Of a stretch of 64,000 nucleotides of DNA, positions 1 to 14,588 are shown piece after piece. Below the pieces are notes generated by a model. The model saw only the letters and a program-made list of their open reading frames with translations. It was not told where the DNA came from and searched no databases. A program made the position numbers and the translations under genes. The stretch's first letter is position 1. Each line of letters begins with the position of its first letter. Source of the DNA: the human T2T-CHM13v2.0 reference genome, Homo sapiens; assembly GCF_009914755.1 (NCBI RefSeq), contig NC_060938.1, one strand, 5' to 3'.

Positions 1-102
1 ACAGACACACCTATTTGTTTACACCTTGTCCATGGAAGTCTGTATGGCCTGCAGAGCCTAAGATACACTATCTCGCCTTTTACAGAAAGTTTTTTTACCC
101 CT
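1..102 (+). mobile_element. MER58A-like hAT-Charlie fragment
   Basis: tgtatggcctgcagagcctaagatac...ctttacagaaag resembles the MER58 3' end. Confidence 0.6.
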
Positions 103-1261
103 AATTTAGAGGAGTCTTAACCTGAGATTCTTAGACAAGCTTAGAAGAGTGGTCTGAAAGTGTCCTGAAATTATACCACAAATTTGTATTTTGCAAGTAA
201 ACAACCCACTCCTTCCGTATTATTTTTAGAAAGGCCCTTTACCCCAAATGTCACACCAAGGCCTAGGTGGAAGTCTCTGGGCATGGGGCACAGGGCTCCA
301 TCTTGCCTCGGAGTTTTCATGGTGACAATGTGGTCAGAAAGCAAAGCACAGCAGAAAGACAGGCACAAATTTGGATCCTGACTTGGCCACACCATACCCA
401 CTAAGAAACCCCCAGACAAAGCACTTACATTTTACAAGCCTCAGTTTCCCATCGTCAAAGGGTGACAACATTCCCTGGAAGGCTCGGGGGAGCTGCTTCC
501 CACCTGCTGGCCGGGACGCAGGGACTCTGCTCTGGAGGCAGAAAAGCGTCACCTGAAGCTACACGTGTGACTTTTCGGGCACCTGCAGCCCTTCTTCAGG
601 GTCTGCACTAGGGCTGCCAGGGTGGCTATGCACAAGGTGGGGAGCCCAGGAAGTGAAGTCCCATGCCCTGCAGAGCATCCTCCACCAGTAACTGACAGGT
701 GCTAAGTGTGACAGCCTGGCTGGGGACAACTATAGGCTGAAATTGCCTTTGCAGGACTTGGCCTGAGATGGTGCTTTCACTCGGCTTCCCCCCTGCTCCA
801 CCCTACCACTTCCGTTGCCTCCTCAGTCTCTCCTGGGGAGCACTTCATTTAAAAATTCTTGCGTTAGGGTCTGAGGACAGGTTCCACATCAGGAACCCCA
901 GACATGAGGTTACCAAGATGCTGAAAGCTCCTGGCCTCCTTCTAAAGCATCAAACAAGAGATGAAATTATATCCCAATGAGATGCATGTGAACTTTCCAC
1001 ATTCTAGATGACTCCTTCCCAGGACCACCCTTTGCTAGTCTCTGGACAGAGCCTAAGTCCTGTTTAAAAGGGTCCTGTAGGGTTAAGCTAAGAATGATTT
1101 GAGTCCAAGTTGGGACCAAAAAGGGATGATGACACGGCTGAGAAGAATCACTGCTGCTCAGTTGGTCTTTGTTAAAAAAGGAATAAACCTGAAATGTCTG
1201 TGGCTCTGGGACAAAACCATACGTAGTATTGAAGAAAACAATATCCGTATTGACAGTCCAG

Positions 1262-1465
1262 AGCTGTGTTGTCTAATACAGTAGCCACCAGCCACATGTG
1301 GCTACTTAAATTTAAACTCCTTAAAATTAGATACATCAAGAATTCAGTTCCTCTGTTGCACTGGCCATATTTTAAGTGCTCAATAGCTACACGTGGTTAA
1401 TGGCTACTATTTCGCACAGCACAGACCTAGATCATTTCCACCATCGCAGAAAGTGTATTGGGCCG
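1262..1465 (-). mobile_element. MER3 (hAT-Charlie)
   Basis: agtagccaccagccacatgtggcta ... aattcagttcctc ... catttccaccatcgcagaaag. Confidence 0.75.
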
Positions 1466-2300
1466 TCCAGAGTGTTGGGAGGTGGGATGCTCGCTTCTCT
1501 TTCCAGAAAGGCAGCCAGGAGCCGTTTTCTTACCCTACTGAAAGCAAATGGAGACAGCCACCCGGATCCTGCCAGTGCTACCTACTTTCAAAGCACATTT
1601 TCCTTAGATTCTTTTATTTGATTCTCAGATCCCTCCCCCTCAAACAGGCAAGGCAGGTATCATTAGAACTATTTATAGATAAGGAAACTGAGGGTTCCGA
1701 AGGTCAAAGAAGCAAAGTCACAGAGCTGCGAGTAAAGTCACAGTCAGGGCTTGGGAGACCGCAGGAGGGAGACCCCCCCGCCCCCGGCAAGCCAACGCTC
1801 TGCTGAGCTGGAAACATGCCAGGGCATATTCCAACCCCACGCGGGGCCCCTCACTCCCTCTCTCTTTCAGCAGCCACGTGGCTTGTTGAGTGGAACACCT
1901 GAATCTAAAAAGTACTAAGTACTCACTATATCTTCCTGAAAATAACAAGCAGAGGGCTGCCCCGGCTCCAGCCTCCTCAATGGGCAGTTGGGCCACTGTG
2001 GTGAAACAGGGCCAGGCCCCAGGCCCACGAGAACTCCACCAGTGCAATATCCAAAGACAATTTCTGTGACGCTGGCTTGTCCAAGGATAGGGCACACCGA
2101 GACTTGGGCAGGTTTGGCAGCCAGCTCCTGCCTGGAAATTGAGTTCTCTGTCTGGACAAGCAGCCCAGTCTGAAGATCCGGGGCATGCAACCTGGGTTAT
2201 GGCACTGTCATCGAAGCCCTTTGGACATCTGCAAGTCACTTCACCTCTCTGGACATCAAATGCCCATCTGCCCAATGGGAGTGGTGACCTTGGGCTAGGG

Positions 2301-2480
2301 CAGGGATCCTCAACATCGACATCGTGGACAATTTGGACTGGATAGTTCTTTATGGTTGGGGCTGTCCTGTGCACCATAGAATGCCTCGCAGCATCCCTGG
2401 CCTCTACCCACTACATGCCAGTAGCACCCCTCCCCCAGCTGCGATGACCAGATGTCCCCTGGGAAACTAAGAGAGCCACA
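2301..2480 (+). mobile_element. MER20
   Basis: ggggctgtcctgtgcacc...agcatccctggcctctacccactacatgccagtagcaccc. Confidence 0.8.
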
Positions 2481-5400
2481 GGGCTGGAAGATGGCCAGGG
2501 CTCTTTCCTGGCTTCTGCACTTGGTGGAGACTGATGCGTCCAACACAGGCACAGCCAACAGTGCCTGACTTGGCCTCCCAAGTGCACTGCACCAATCCCA
2601 GCCAATTGAAGGAGTTAAACTGGATGGCCTTCCAGCTGGGACATTCTGAGATTCCAAGCCAACTGCCTTCAGGATGACCCCTGGCTACTCAGAGGCTGTG
2701 CAGTGGAACTGTCTGTAACAGGGTCCAAGAAGAAGCCAAGGCATTATTTCCAAGGCATCCATAATTCTCTCTGCCAAGTCCAGAGACAATGGGCCTTTGC
2801 CACCCATGGTCCAGTTCATTCTAAATCTGAGAACAAGGAACCCATTCACTCTTGGGAGGGGCAGATGGTACAGGGATAGGGGGTAGGCCAACATCTCTTC
2901 CAGGAAATGGTGGCCTCTGGCCTTCTCTGATTGCTGGCAGGGATGACACAGAAACTTGGGAGCAGGGAGCAGGCGCTGCTTCTATGGCCTTATTTTTCTC
3001 TGGTGGAAGCAGGGGGCAAAAACCAATGGATGTTGCTCACTGACCCAGCTAGCAGAACCTCGCCATCTTTCCCAGGCAGAAGGCCCGACAACAGAGCTTT
3101 CCCAAAGGCCACTGGAGACCCACCCTTGCCTAAGTGGAGAGATGATGCTGCCCCCTTTGTGGAGAGGACTCCTTTGATAATGGAAGGAAGGTGTAGGTGA
3201 GCAGGGCAACTTTGACCTATTCCAGGCAGAACAGCTCCCAGTTAAAGTGCACGCTGCCAAACCCCCGGAAACACGAAATCCCACAATGTGAACCAGGAAC
3301 TGCCTTTCCCTTCATAACAGATGCTATGATGGCGATTTACACAGAGTCACGGGCACCGTTGCTTATGTTCATGCAAAAGGCCACCCCTCTGGGCTGGGCC
3401 TGCTGTGCTGTCTCTGAGCCTTCGCTAGGGTTTGTTTGTTACTTGCCATCTGCTGGCAAATGAGCAAATGCTTAAGGTTTCAGAAAATTTTATGGAGGAA
3501 AATATTTATATTAAAGGATGTTCACTTGCTTAATAAAAACGTGATGATAAGAGTTGCTAAGCACTTGTCATGCACCTTGCCCAGGTGACATCTGATTTAA
3601 GTTTCCTGATCCATCAGGAGCTGTGGGTGTCACTGTCCCCCTTGACTGAAGTGAGAACAAGCTCAACGAAGAGCTTGTGGAGCTCTTCACAATCCCAATT
3701 GTGGAGTTGGGATTCTGGGACAATCTGACCCCAAAGTCCATCTTCTTTCTATCATGTCCCACTGCAAACCAGGCAGAGACCACTGCTACTAGATTTTTAG
3801 CAGCAGTGCCTTGGTCCAGCATAAAAGATTTTAACATTGCCTAGGGGGGCCATGGTGGGGGGGGCCTTGACCTCTGTCCTCTGGTCCCCGCCTTCTCCAG
3901 CCCTCTATCCATCCCTCCCTAGGGCAGACAGCAAGACTAAACTCAACCGAAGAGACTGTGATAGGTGAGCAAGACCAGAGAGGGCAAAGCTGGCCACACC
4001 CACACCTTGGATCATAGGAGGGAGGGAAAAGGGAATTAAACTTCTCGGCAAGGGAGAAATGTATATCATTTTCAGGACAAGTTCTTCCCCTTTAATTCCT
4101 TACAGTCATGAGCTCCCAGAGCACATTATTTCAAAATCCAGTGGACATTGAGCCCCTCAAGAACCCAGTCACTGCCACCCACTCTTTATTTTTCATGACA
4201 GCCGGCCATGCAGCTCACCATAATCGACTGTTCCATCACCTTACTTTGACAGGGACATGAATGGGGTCTCAGAGGTGAGGGCTGCGTCATACAGACAGGG
4301 TGACGCTTCAGAAACCAGCCACGTCCACCTGCTTTAGAAAACCAAAGTTACCAGAAGCAAGCGCCACAGCAGCTGAGGCCTTTGGGAAGGCACGGCTGGC
4401 TTGGCTCCTCACCAGGAAGTGAGGTGAGGTCTCGAAAGCTCTCTGGGAACTGACATTCCCAATTCTGGACTCTCCTGAACCATAAAATATAACCAATAAC
4501 CTGGAAGGTTCTAGAAACATCCAGAAGCTGGTCAGTGGGGGAAAAAAACCCGAGGCCTAAGAGTTAGCTCAGGTGCTCCCTCCCCAGAGGCAACCATTGG
4601 AGGAGGTAACTGATTCCCATGTATCTTTCAAGATGATGTGTGTGTGTGTGTATATATGTATCCTGAGTGCGAGCACCCTGCACACGCCGGGATGCTATGA
4701 CTGTGAGATGCAGTGCACATTCCACTTGTTACCTGTGGCAATGCTTTCACATCGGTGTGATGGGGGCCACCTTCTTTTTTTTACGAGCTGAATGGATGTA
4801 CCACAATTTACCTCACCAGTTCAGGAGAGGCTGTTTTTCAGATGTAGGACTCCAACCCTTTATTGGTAATTTCCTAACCCAAAAAGCAGTTTGATGCCAA
4901 AACTAACTGAGTAGGAAAACCAGAGCCGAGTAGGAATGGGGTTCTTTGTGGTCTTGGTTCATCTCACTTAGTGTGAATGGCTACATATTTCACTAGAGAA
5001 ATATCGTTGGGCACTGGACTGCCTGGTGGTGTTACTTCATCTATGGTCTATACATGGTACTACTTTGCTAAAATTTGAAATATTCCGATTTCCAGAACAC
5101 ACCCAGACAAGGCATGTACAGCCCTTTTCCAGTACTTCTGGTAGCTGGAGACGTGGAAAACCAGACATGATGGGCTCCTGTGGCCTTGGACCTTGGCCCA
5201 AATCCACTGTGGAGACAATTCAGCATCCCTCCCACCCCCCAGAGCCAACCCACAAGGGTAATGAGAACCCAGCATTGTACCCACGAGTGCCTGGCGAGGT
5301 GAGGAAGGGCTCGCCATGCACCCCAGAGAGCAGAGATTACTCCAGCGGTTCCGTGGCCCTACTCTTCCCCACCCGAAGCTCTTCTCCCACACGCAGCTGC

Positions 5401-5501
5401 CTCTTCTCTCCTTCTCTCCCTCCCTAGCCTCGTGCTGTCTGCAATCCAGGTTGAGAGCCCTGTGAGATGCCAATTTTTAAAAGACAATAGAGAAATCTGG
5501 A

Positions 5502-5622
5502 TTTTTTTTTAAGTCTGGGTCTTGCTATGTTGTCCAGGCTGGTCAACTCCTGGCCTCAAGTGATCTTCCAGGCTTGGCCACCCAAAGCATTGAGATTCCA
5601 GGTGTGAGCCACCTTGCCTGGC
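5502..5622 (-). mobile_element. FLAM/Alu left monomer
   Basis: T-tract followed by the reverse complement of an Alu left arm. Confidence 0.8.
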
Positions 5623-6621
5623 CTAAGATAAGAAATATCTTTGATTTTAAATACCATTTCTTTTCTTTTTTTAAACACTGGGCGTGGCTCATTAGTGCAG
5701 TATCTAATGGCTGCCACTGCTGGACTTCTGAGGGGCAGTGGCCCAGGCTGTGGCCTCAGACATGGATTGATTTTAATCTATCATCTCTCTGGGAATAAAG
5801 GAGGGAAATGAAGCTGTCATCCTAAAAAATGGAAAGTAAAAAATAAATGCAGCCTTCTTAGGTCCTGGGGCTGTCCTCTGCCTCTCCCTGGCTTGCCCGG
5901 GCGTCTTACCCGAGGGTGGGCAGGAGGAAAGGTCCTATAGCTCCTGGCCCCGGACCCCGACCCCGCCCCGGCCCTATCGATGCTCTTCCCCACAAATCGA
6001 TCAGTCCCATGCCTTCAAGTCCCAGCCAGATGCCAACTACTCTCATGTGTACAGCATCGGCCCCAGCACGTCCCCCAGCCCCCTGACTTCCATATCCAGC
6101 TGCGACTCAGTGTCTCCACTGGGGTGGTCCACAGGCCGGCTCTGGGTTCCCTGTCCAAAACCAACCTTCATCTTTCCCCTGCCCCTCTCCTCCCCCAATC
6201 CTCCATTCACCCAGCTGCTCAGTTCAGGAACCCGGGTCTTTCGGACAAGCCTTCCCTTAGCCCTCCCTCTGTTCAATCCAGCAGCAAGTCCCCTTCAAAC
6301 GTGTCCTCCACAGCAGCCTCTGGGCCAGTCTCTCTGCCTGCCCTCCACGGTACCCAGGGGGTTCTTTGTAAAGTGAAGTGAGATCCTATTACATTCCCGC
6401 TCAGTGTCCTTCAAAGGCTTCTTACCAGAGATAGAAGAAAACCCAACCTTTTTATCATGGCCTTTGCGAAATATTTCTCCCATTTGGGTCACTCAAGTCT
6501 AAACCCTTGTAGGGAAGAATCTAGAAAGTTTCCAAGCAGTGACAGAACTGTCAGAGCCAGCACGCAGTGGGAACACTTCCAAGTGGGGATGGAGAAATTG
6601 TGAGACGTGGGTTTAAAAAAA

Positions 6622-6665
6622 GGAAGGAAGGAAGGAAGGAAGGAAGGAAAGAAGGAAGGAAGGAA
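6622..6665 (+). repeat. (GGAA)n microsatellite
   Basis: 7 perfect GGAA, then AGAA, then 3 GGAA. Confidence 0.95.
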
Positions 6666-7723
6666 GGGAGTCCTCTTACTTAATGGCTGCCCCTCTGACA
6701 CGGCCGCACTTGAGAACCATCAGCCACCACCACCAGCTCGAGCTCACACTCCCGCCGATCCGTTCCCTTCGGAGGGATGGGAGGGATGAGCGGCTCTATG
6801 GACACGTCAGAGCCGGCTAATCCCACAGGGTTTAAGTGGCCCACAGAAAGCATCTCAGATTAGTTGAATAAAAAGATAAACTGCTTTGCTGCTTATAAGG
6901 ACCAGAATGTTCTCAGAGATGGGAAGAAAATCCTTCATGTATTTCTGACTGTGAAGGAGTCCAGGGTTCCGGCCTGGGGTGGGGGCTGGAGGGAGGGGGC
7001 TTCGCCCAGCAATTGGTCTGTGGTTGAAGGCCACGTGGTGACAGCTGGCCTCTTCCTTGTGTGGAGTCGTTCAAGCTCTCTGAGTCTGTGCAGTGGGCTG
7101 AGTGGTGGGCTTTGTCTTGGTGGGAACATAAGTTTAGTGGAAATGGGGAAAAAAAGGAATGAAGGGAGAGGAAACGGAGGGAAATATTTTAAAATCTCAA
7201 AAGCAGGAAGATAAACCTGGTAGCTCTTAATGCCATTCGATTCTGCTATGTTTAGGCCAAGAACTTGAAGAGAACCCTGTGTGTGAAGGAGGGAGCCTCT
7301 CCTCACTTCTAAGAGGAACACATGACGGACACTGTTGGTGTCCACCCACAGGTTCCCTTCGCGGGGAGCCGATGATGCTTTGATGGGGGGCCTAGGAGGC
7401 TGCTCTTGGCCTCAAGGCAGAACTTCCTTTGTGAGGCTTCTCACTCCAGAGCTACGGGGGGGTTCCCATGGAACATTCCAGCTGAAACCACGCCCTGGCT
7501 CATTCCTTCACTTTCCTGTCCTGCCTCCCTCGCTTCCTTACAGCTTCCTCCTGGGTACACCCCTGTCTCAGCTCAGCTTACTCGGCTCTGCCACTAGGGA
7601 ACCAACCAAAGACAGGATGGCCAATGAAGTCTTGACACACATCAAGTCTTTAAAGACGCGGCCTAAATATGAGCAGCTGACCACATAAGATGACAAAAAA
7701 GTTCCAGTGAAATATTGACATTT

Positions 7724-8164
<441 letters not shown>

Positions 8165-8607
8165 TCAACTCAATGTGCCACCTATTTCCTAAGTGTACCA
8201 TGAGCAAAGCATTGTGCAATGGACTCTGTGGGGTGGGTTCAGGGATGATGAGGGCCCACTGTCTACCCTCCAGAGGCCTGCATGTTGGTGGGGTCATCAA
8301 AGACCACCAAAGACAATCGGCAATGCTACCTGCCCGCTCTCTGTGGGCTTGGCCTGGGTTTTGAATATTTTGCATCTCTCTGTTGTTGGCAGGTAGTAGG
8401 TGTTCAGTAAATGGTTCACAAGTGAATCTGGAATAGCCCAAAACTATCATACAGCAGTGAAACAGAACCATCAAAACAGACAGCTGTCGCTTTCCATGAT
8501 AGCAACGGGGGTCACTGAATTTTCCAAAAATGGAAAGAATCAACTCTCCGCAGGGCACGAGGTTAGGACTTGAAGTCTGGCTGCTTGGAAAGGAGGCTTG
8601 AGGGCTA

Positions 8608-8825
8608 AGCAGTTGCTCAGCGGGTCTCTATTGGCTTATGGGGAGGGACAGTTCTCTGTTGTGTGAAACTGTCCCTGCAGTTGCATGACATTTCTCATCC
8701 CTGGCTCCTGCCCAGTAAATGCCGGTAGTGCTTACTCCCTAGTCACTGTGGCAACCAAAACCTAGACACCCCCATTTCCAAATGCATCCTAGGGGGTGTT
8801 TCTACCCCTGACTGAAAACCACTGG
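8608..8825 (+). mobile_element. MER20-family element
   Basis: catccctggctcctgcccagtaaatgccggtagtgc...ctgaaaaccactg. Confidence 0.6.
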
Positions 8826-8889
8826 TGGGATAAAATCTGCTCAAGGTGAGAAAGGGAAGGAGAGCGAAGGGCGGGGCGGGGGGCAGTCC

Positions 8890-8975
8890 ATGCATATATG
8901 TGTGTGCGCGTGCATGTGTGCGTGTGCACGTGTGTGTGCGTGTGTGTGCATGTGTATTGTGTGTGCATGCACGTG
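8890..8975. repeat. Imperfect (TG/CA)n alternating purine-pyrimidine tract
   Basis: Direct reading. Confidence 0.9.
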
Positions 8976-10482
8976 GGAGGAGTCACGTCAACTTGCAAAA
9001 AAGCGAGCATGACGGAGAGGGCTAGAGAGGGAGGGGAGGGAAAGGAGAAAGAACACCTATGATGAGAAGCCTCCCTGAGTGTTCCAGGACGCTTTGCATT
9101 TCCAGCACAGACGGAGCTTAGAATCTCCTCAGCCCAGCCATTCTCCTGGTGGAGTGAGAAGGCAAGTGGCAGCTCTGTCCCCGGGAGCCCCACAGACCAG
9201 CGAGAGCAAGCAGTGGGGAGGGGGAGGTGTCCCTGGCAGAGGAGCTTCTAGGAAGGACGTGGTGTTCACCACCCTGCCCTGCTTGGCAGAGGCCCCGGCC
9301 TGGACATCACAGTCTGGAAGCTTCCCAGACAGGCTGGCCTGAGACACTTGAACCTTTACTGGGCTCCTCCTCCAGGGGCCGAAGGGCAGCACAGATGCCA
9401 CAGCCAGGTCACAGCCGGTGCTGACAAGCTGCAGGAAGGCCCTTGCCACAGGGCAACAGCTGCCGTCCCCGAGGGCTGCCTGACCATATTTAGACAGGAG
9501 CAGACGGAGAGGCAGCATAAATCAAGCCCCACAGCCTGGGCTGCCAGGGGGAACAAAACAAGGCAACGTCTTGGCACAATCTTTGAAATCAGTGGTTGCC
9601 ACAGTGAGGAACCGAACACAGACACACACATGAGCGGGGAACTCGGCCTCCTTCCCATCTCCGTGAGATTCATTGTCCTACCTCGACTAACTCAGCTGCT
9701 CAGAAACCTTTAGATCTTCCAGAATCACAGCCAGACTCCTCTGCCCATCCACCCTGAGACAGTTCCCACTCCTGTTACCTCCCCTAAGTGGGACTGTACT
9801 GAGGTTCCCCAAAACCTCCTATACCACCCGTCTTCGTGAATGCCATTTCTTCTACCTGGAGCATCTCCTCCACCCACCCTTCCACCCCTCCCTATTCTGC
9901 TCTTCAGAGTCCTAACTTTCTCGGAGGCAGAGTTTAGTGCCACCTCCTCCAGGCAGCCATCCCTGATGGCTCACGGCCCATCTACAGCACTTGGTGCCCA
10001 TTGAATTCCCTGCTGGCTGACAGCTTCTTATCCCCTCTTGCCTGGCTGGTGAGCTCCACCAGAGCAGGGAGCAGCTCTCACTCATCCTTGGCTGCTCCAC
10101 CCAGCACCTGGTGCACAGGAGGTGCTCAGTACACACTAGCTGGGTCAATCAATGGCCTTGCTGGCAGATGGCCCCAGGGCCACCAAACTCTTAGCAAACA
10201 CTTGTTGGCCTCACTTTCTCATCTTCCTTCACACTACATCTGGCACCTATCACCTCTCTCCCCCTCCATTGCTGCCCCAGTCCAGCCCACCACTTCTACC
10301 ACCTTGACAACATCTATAGCTTCTTGACTGGTCTGTTGCCAGCCCTCTTACTACCCCCACCCCAATCTATTCTCCACTCAGATGCCAGTGATTGTCTTAA
10401 GAAGCAAATCTGTAAGTGTCATCCCTATGGTCAGAATCTCTTCAACAGTTTTCCATAGCACTTGAAAAAAAAACCCACCTCT

Positions 10483-10781
10483 GGCTGGGCGCAGTGGCTC
10501 AAGCCTATAATCCCAGAACTTTGGGAGGCCAAGGCGGGTGGATCACTTGAGGCTAGGAGCTCGACATCAGTCTGGCCAACATGGCGAAACCCTGTCTCTA
10601 CTAAAAATACAAAAAAAAAATTAGCTGGGCATGATGGCGCACACCTGTAATCTCAACTATTCTGGAGGCTGAGGCATGAGAATCGATTGAACCCAGGAGG
10701 CAGAGGTTGCAGCGAGCGGAGATTGTGCCACTGCACTCCACCTTGGGCAACAGAGCGAGACTCTGTCTCAAAAACAAAAAC
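10483..10781 (+). mobile_element. Alu (S-type) inserted in an L2 remnant
   Basis: Full dimer; 15-bp TSD aaaaaacccacctct at 10468-10482 and 10782-10796. Confidence 0.95.
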
Positions 10782-11989
10782 AAAAAACCCACCTCTGTCC
10801 TATGTAAGCTATGGTTTATAAAGCCCTGCATGATTTTGGGACTAACCTCCCCAGTCTCATTTACACCACTGTCCCTCGTGGTCACTGTGCCCAGCTGTGT
10901 GACCTTCTCTGGGTTTCTCAAACCCTGATGGTTGTACCACAGGACCCTTGTATGTGCTGTTCCCTCTGCCTGGAATGCTATTCCTCGTCTTCAAGGGGCT
11001 AATTCCTTCTCCTCCTTCCAATATCAGCCAGCTCAAAGAGAGACCTTCCTGGGCATGCCTTCTCTATGGAAGGTAGGGCCCTCTCTGTAGTCTCTATTCC
11101 CGCCCCAGAATCATCCCTATATCTCCAGCTCCCCACCCTCTCCCACAGCATCTGGCCCATAGTCGGTGTCCAACAGATGTTCACTGAGTGAATAAATGAC
11201 TGAACGGACCTCATGACCACCTGCAGTGACCTCCCGCTGGACACCCAGATTCCATTTCTTGGTTCTTAACTATGAAAATTAGAAGAGTTTTGGGCTGTGC
11301 ACTTTTTTAGCAAAAACCAAGAGTGGCTCTTGCCTCCCAGCATATTCCACCTCTTTCTGATTTTCTGTTTCATTTGTCAGCACTGATTTCCTTAGGACAC
11401 CCCTCACATGGTATTGCTTACAGACTCTGACTGTTGTTCTGTATCCACAGAAACAACCTCCCTCGATGGTCAGAGGGGCCTTGCCCTGGGCCAGGGCCTG
11501 GGCGGTAATGTGGAAGCCCAGGAGGCAGCTTGGGGACACGCCAGTCCTGGGACCCTGTGGGATGCAGGTGGGGCCGGCCCCACCTTCCCAGCCCAATCCA
11601 GCACTTCCTGACAGTGACGAAGCTCTCTCGACTTTGCACCAAGAAGCCCTGATGTGATAGTGCTCGTCTCCCACCCGGCAGATGCATAAACCATTCCCCT
11701 CCCCTTTTAATTGCACCAGTAGCCAGTCATTTACTGGCGGCCTCATCAAATCCCTGCTGGGATTGGAGCTGTTGCTCGGTGGGTTGGCTGGGAGATGAAA
11801 TCAGATGGCCTCGTCCTGGCTCCAGCACAGCCCCCCACCCCCCAATCCCAGGCCCACTCCAGGGAAAAGGGTCCAGCTATCTTCTCTGTGCCCTGTCCTG
11901 TTCCCCTGAGACACCACCCATCAGAACCAGGCTGACTCAGAAGTACAGTAGGCTCCCATCCGGAACCCAACCATTCTCACATCCCCCCT

Positions 11990-12630
11990 GGTGCCACCTG
12001 GTCCCGGTGGCTGTCACCTGTCCCCCAAGTCACTGTGGCAGGCTTGTAATTGGTCTCCCTGCTCCTGCCCTGACCCCCACAGTCTCATCTCAGCACAGCA
12101 GCCAGACTGTCCAATAGGGAGTGAGTCAGATCGTTCCCGTCCTCAGCCCTACCTTACACGGGCTCCCCACTTCACACCAAGTCAAGAAACACCCTCTGTG
12201 GGCCTGTAGGCCCCACTCCATCTGCTTCTTCCATCCTTGTCTCCTGTCCCTGCACCCAACTTCACTCCAGGCACATAGGCCTCTTGCTGCTCCTCCACCC
12301 CAGGCCTCAGCCCTGGCTGTTCTCTCTGCTGGGACAGTCTCCCCAGGTGCCAGCCTGCATTGGTCCTCACCTCTGCCAGCCTCCACTCAAATGCCACCTT
12401 CTCTTCAGATTGCCACCTGACCCGACCCCAGCTTGTTCTGCTGCATGCTTCCTTTTTCCCATAGCACTTGCTGCCTCCAGCACACTGGATAGCTCACAGG
12501 GCGAGCATATCCATGGCTTTCTGGTCCCTCTGCCCCCTGCCAGCATATGAACTCAGGATCTATTTTGTTCCATAGTGTGTTGCAGGCTCCTAGGATACAG
12601 AAATGCTCAAGAAATGTTTGATCGAATAAA
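11990..12630 (+). mobile_element. L2 remnant with 3' end
   Basis: Pyrimidine-rich L2 body ending aaatgctcaagaaatgtttgatcgaataaa. Confidence 0.6.
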
Positions 12631-14209
12631 AGTCTGCCCCCCCAGCATTGCCCCTGCCTCCCGAGCCTCAGCTTCCGGCATCCCGGGGACTCTGCCTCTA
12701 AACCCCCGATCAGTGCACACACCTGTGACAGCACTGGGGGTCCCTGGTCATCTCTGGCCACACCCATGCTGCTCCCTGACCTTTGCTCATGCCATTGCCT
12801 ACCCTGGGAGGCCAGCTCACCCTTCTGAGGCTGAGCTCATCTCTCCCCACCTTCCAGGCCTGCAGTGAGCTCTGCCTCCTCCCTGAAGCCTCCCTGGACT
12901 ATTGAAGCTCACACCACCGATTGTCTTCCATGGCCCCCAGCCGAAGCAGCCATTTGTTTCAGAGCTGGCTGCTCCCTCCTCCTTCCTTCCACTCCACTCT
13001 GCAGCTTGCAGGTGCCAGGCCTAGAGGAGGGTTGAGGGAGGAGCGGGTAAGGGGCAGTGGGGGTGGATGTGGGGTGGATGCGTGCCCCGTCTGCTAATCG
13101 GTGAGCACTTCCGGTCCTCAGCTCCTTCCCTTGGCTCACAAGGTCCCAGCACAGTTTTTGGCTCTTCTCCTTCCCTCTGGTCCTCTGCTGGCTCAGTCCC
13201 CACCGTCTCTTCTCCCGCCCCACGCTCTCCCCAGTGATCTCTGATGGCTTTGGAGCCATAGCACTGGTGCCTCCACCCCACATCCTTGGGGCTAGCCCGG
13301 GCCTCTGTCCTCAACTCCAGAGGCACCAGCCAATGCCTCCTCTGCTGTCTCATGGCACCTCCAACACCTTGTGTCAAAGCCTGGGACTCGGGATCTCCGT
13401 GTGTCACATTCTTCCTCCGAGAGAAGCATCTGATCAGACACTGGCACCCAGCAGTCCTCCTCCCTCATACCATGTCTGGTCGGTCACTGAGTCCTGAAGG
13501 TTCTCAAACTCCCACCCTTCTAACCCCCCAGCACTGCCTGGCCCAAGCTGCCGTTCCCTGCTTGGAGACTAAGTCCAGAATCTGCAGGCTGCCGGGCTTG
13601 GCCCGCCCTCACCCCTCTGGCTCATCTCTCAGAGGACAGACCAAGCTCTCTGGCCTCCAACCTGCAGGTCCCTCTGTGGAAGCACAGCCCTTCTTCCCCT
13701 CCCCCACCCCCGCCTTCAGCTGAAGAATCGTCTCCCATCCCAGCCCAGCCAGCACCTCCTCCAGGACACCTGCCCTGGTCGGACACCTCTCCTCTCAGCC
13801 AGCCCCTCCCTGGGGATTGTTTAGCCTGCAATTCCTGCATGTTCTGCCCCCCCGCCCCCAAAGCTGTCCACAGGCATCTCAAACTCCACATGAGAAAAAA
13901 CAGAACCCTAATCTTCCCCCGTGAACTCTCCCTGCGGGTTCACCATGTCTTCTCCACTGCGTCATCCTCAGTCTGTGACCACAATGTAGTGCTTGGCACA
14001 CTCGGTGCTCTATAAATATTTGTTGAATGAATAAATGTTTGTGAGTGATTTACTGCTCCTTAAATATGTTATTTAGGTCTCCCCATGATAGGAGAACACT
14101 TGCTGAAATGCTGATGCACTTTTTTGAGTGGGAGAGAGAGGTGTGGACTCCTAGCTAGAGCCGCAGAGGGGAGAGAGGCATCCAGTGTGAGCAGGTGTCA
14201 GGTCACCCA

Positions 14210-14588
14210 TGGCAGTCACAGCGGAAAAAGGTACTGCCCGTAGCAGATGCTGCTGGTGCCTTCCAGCCACATATATCTGCCCAGGAAAGTGACTCTGACG
14301 TTTCCTGGACCAGCTCTTAATTGTGCCTGGTGGGAGGCAGTGCATATATGCCCTGGCTCCTGCAGGATGGGGTAACTCTCAGGCATGTATGCACCATTTC
14401 CCAGAGCTCCTGGGGGAATTGAGCTGGGGTTATTGGCTTGACATAGCACCCTTTACTGGCTACTGTCCCTTCCCCGTTGAGTCCCCCCCACTCCCCTTTT
14501 GGTGTTTTCTGGGATCACCTCTCAATTAACCACTAGTACTTAAATCCTTGTCTCAGCATCTGTTCCTGGAGAAACCAAAACCGAGACA
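14210..14588 (+). mobile_element. LTR16/LTR33-like ERVL LTR
   Basis: gggatcacctctcaattaaccact...aatccttgtctcagcatctg...gagaca 3' end. Confidence 0.55.

Noticed and set aside
1718-2377. 219-aa ORF and other 100-190 aa intronic/intergenic ORFs
   Set aside because: They overlap MER20/MIR/L2/Alu sequence, show no splice-consistent exon structure and resemble no known protein.
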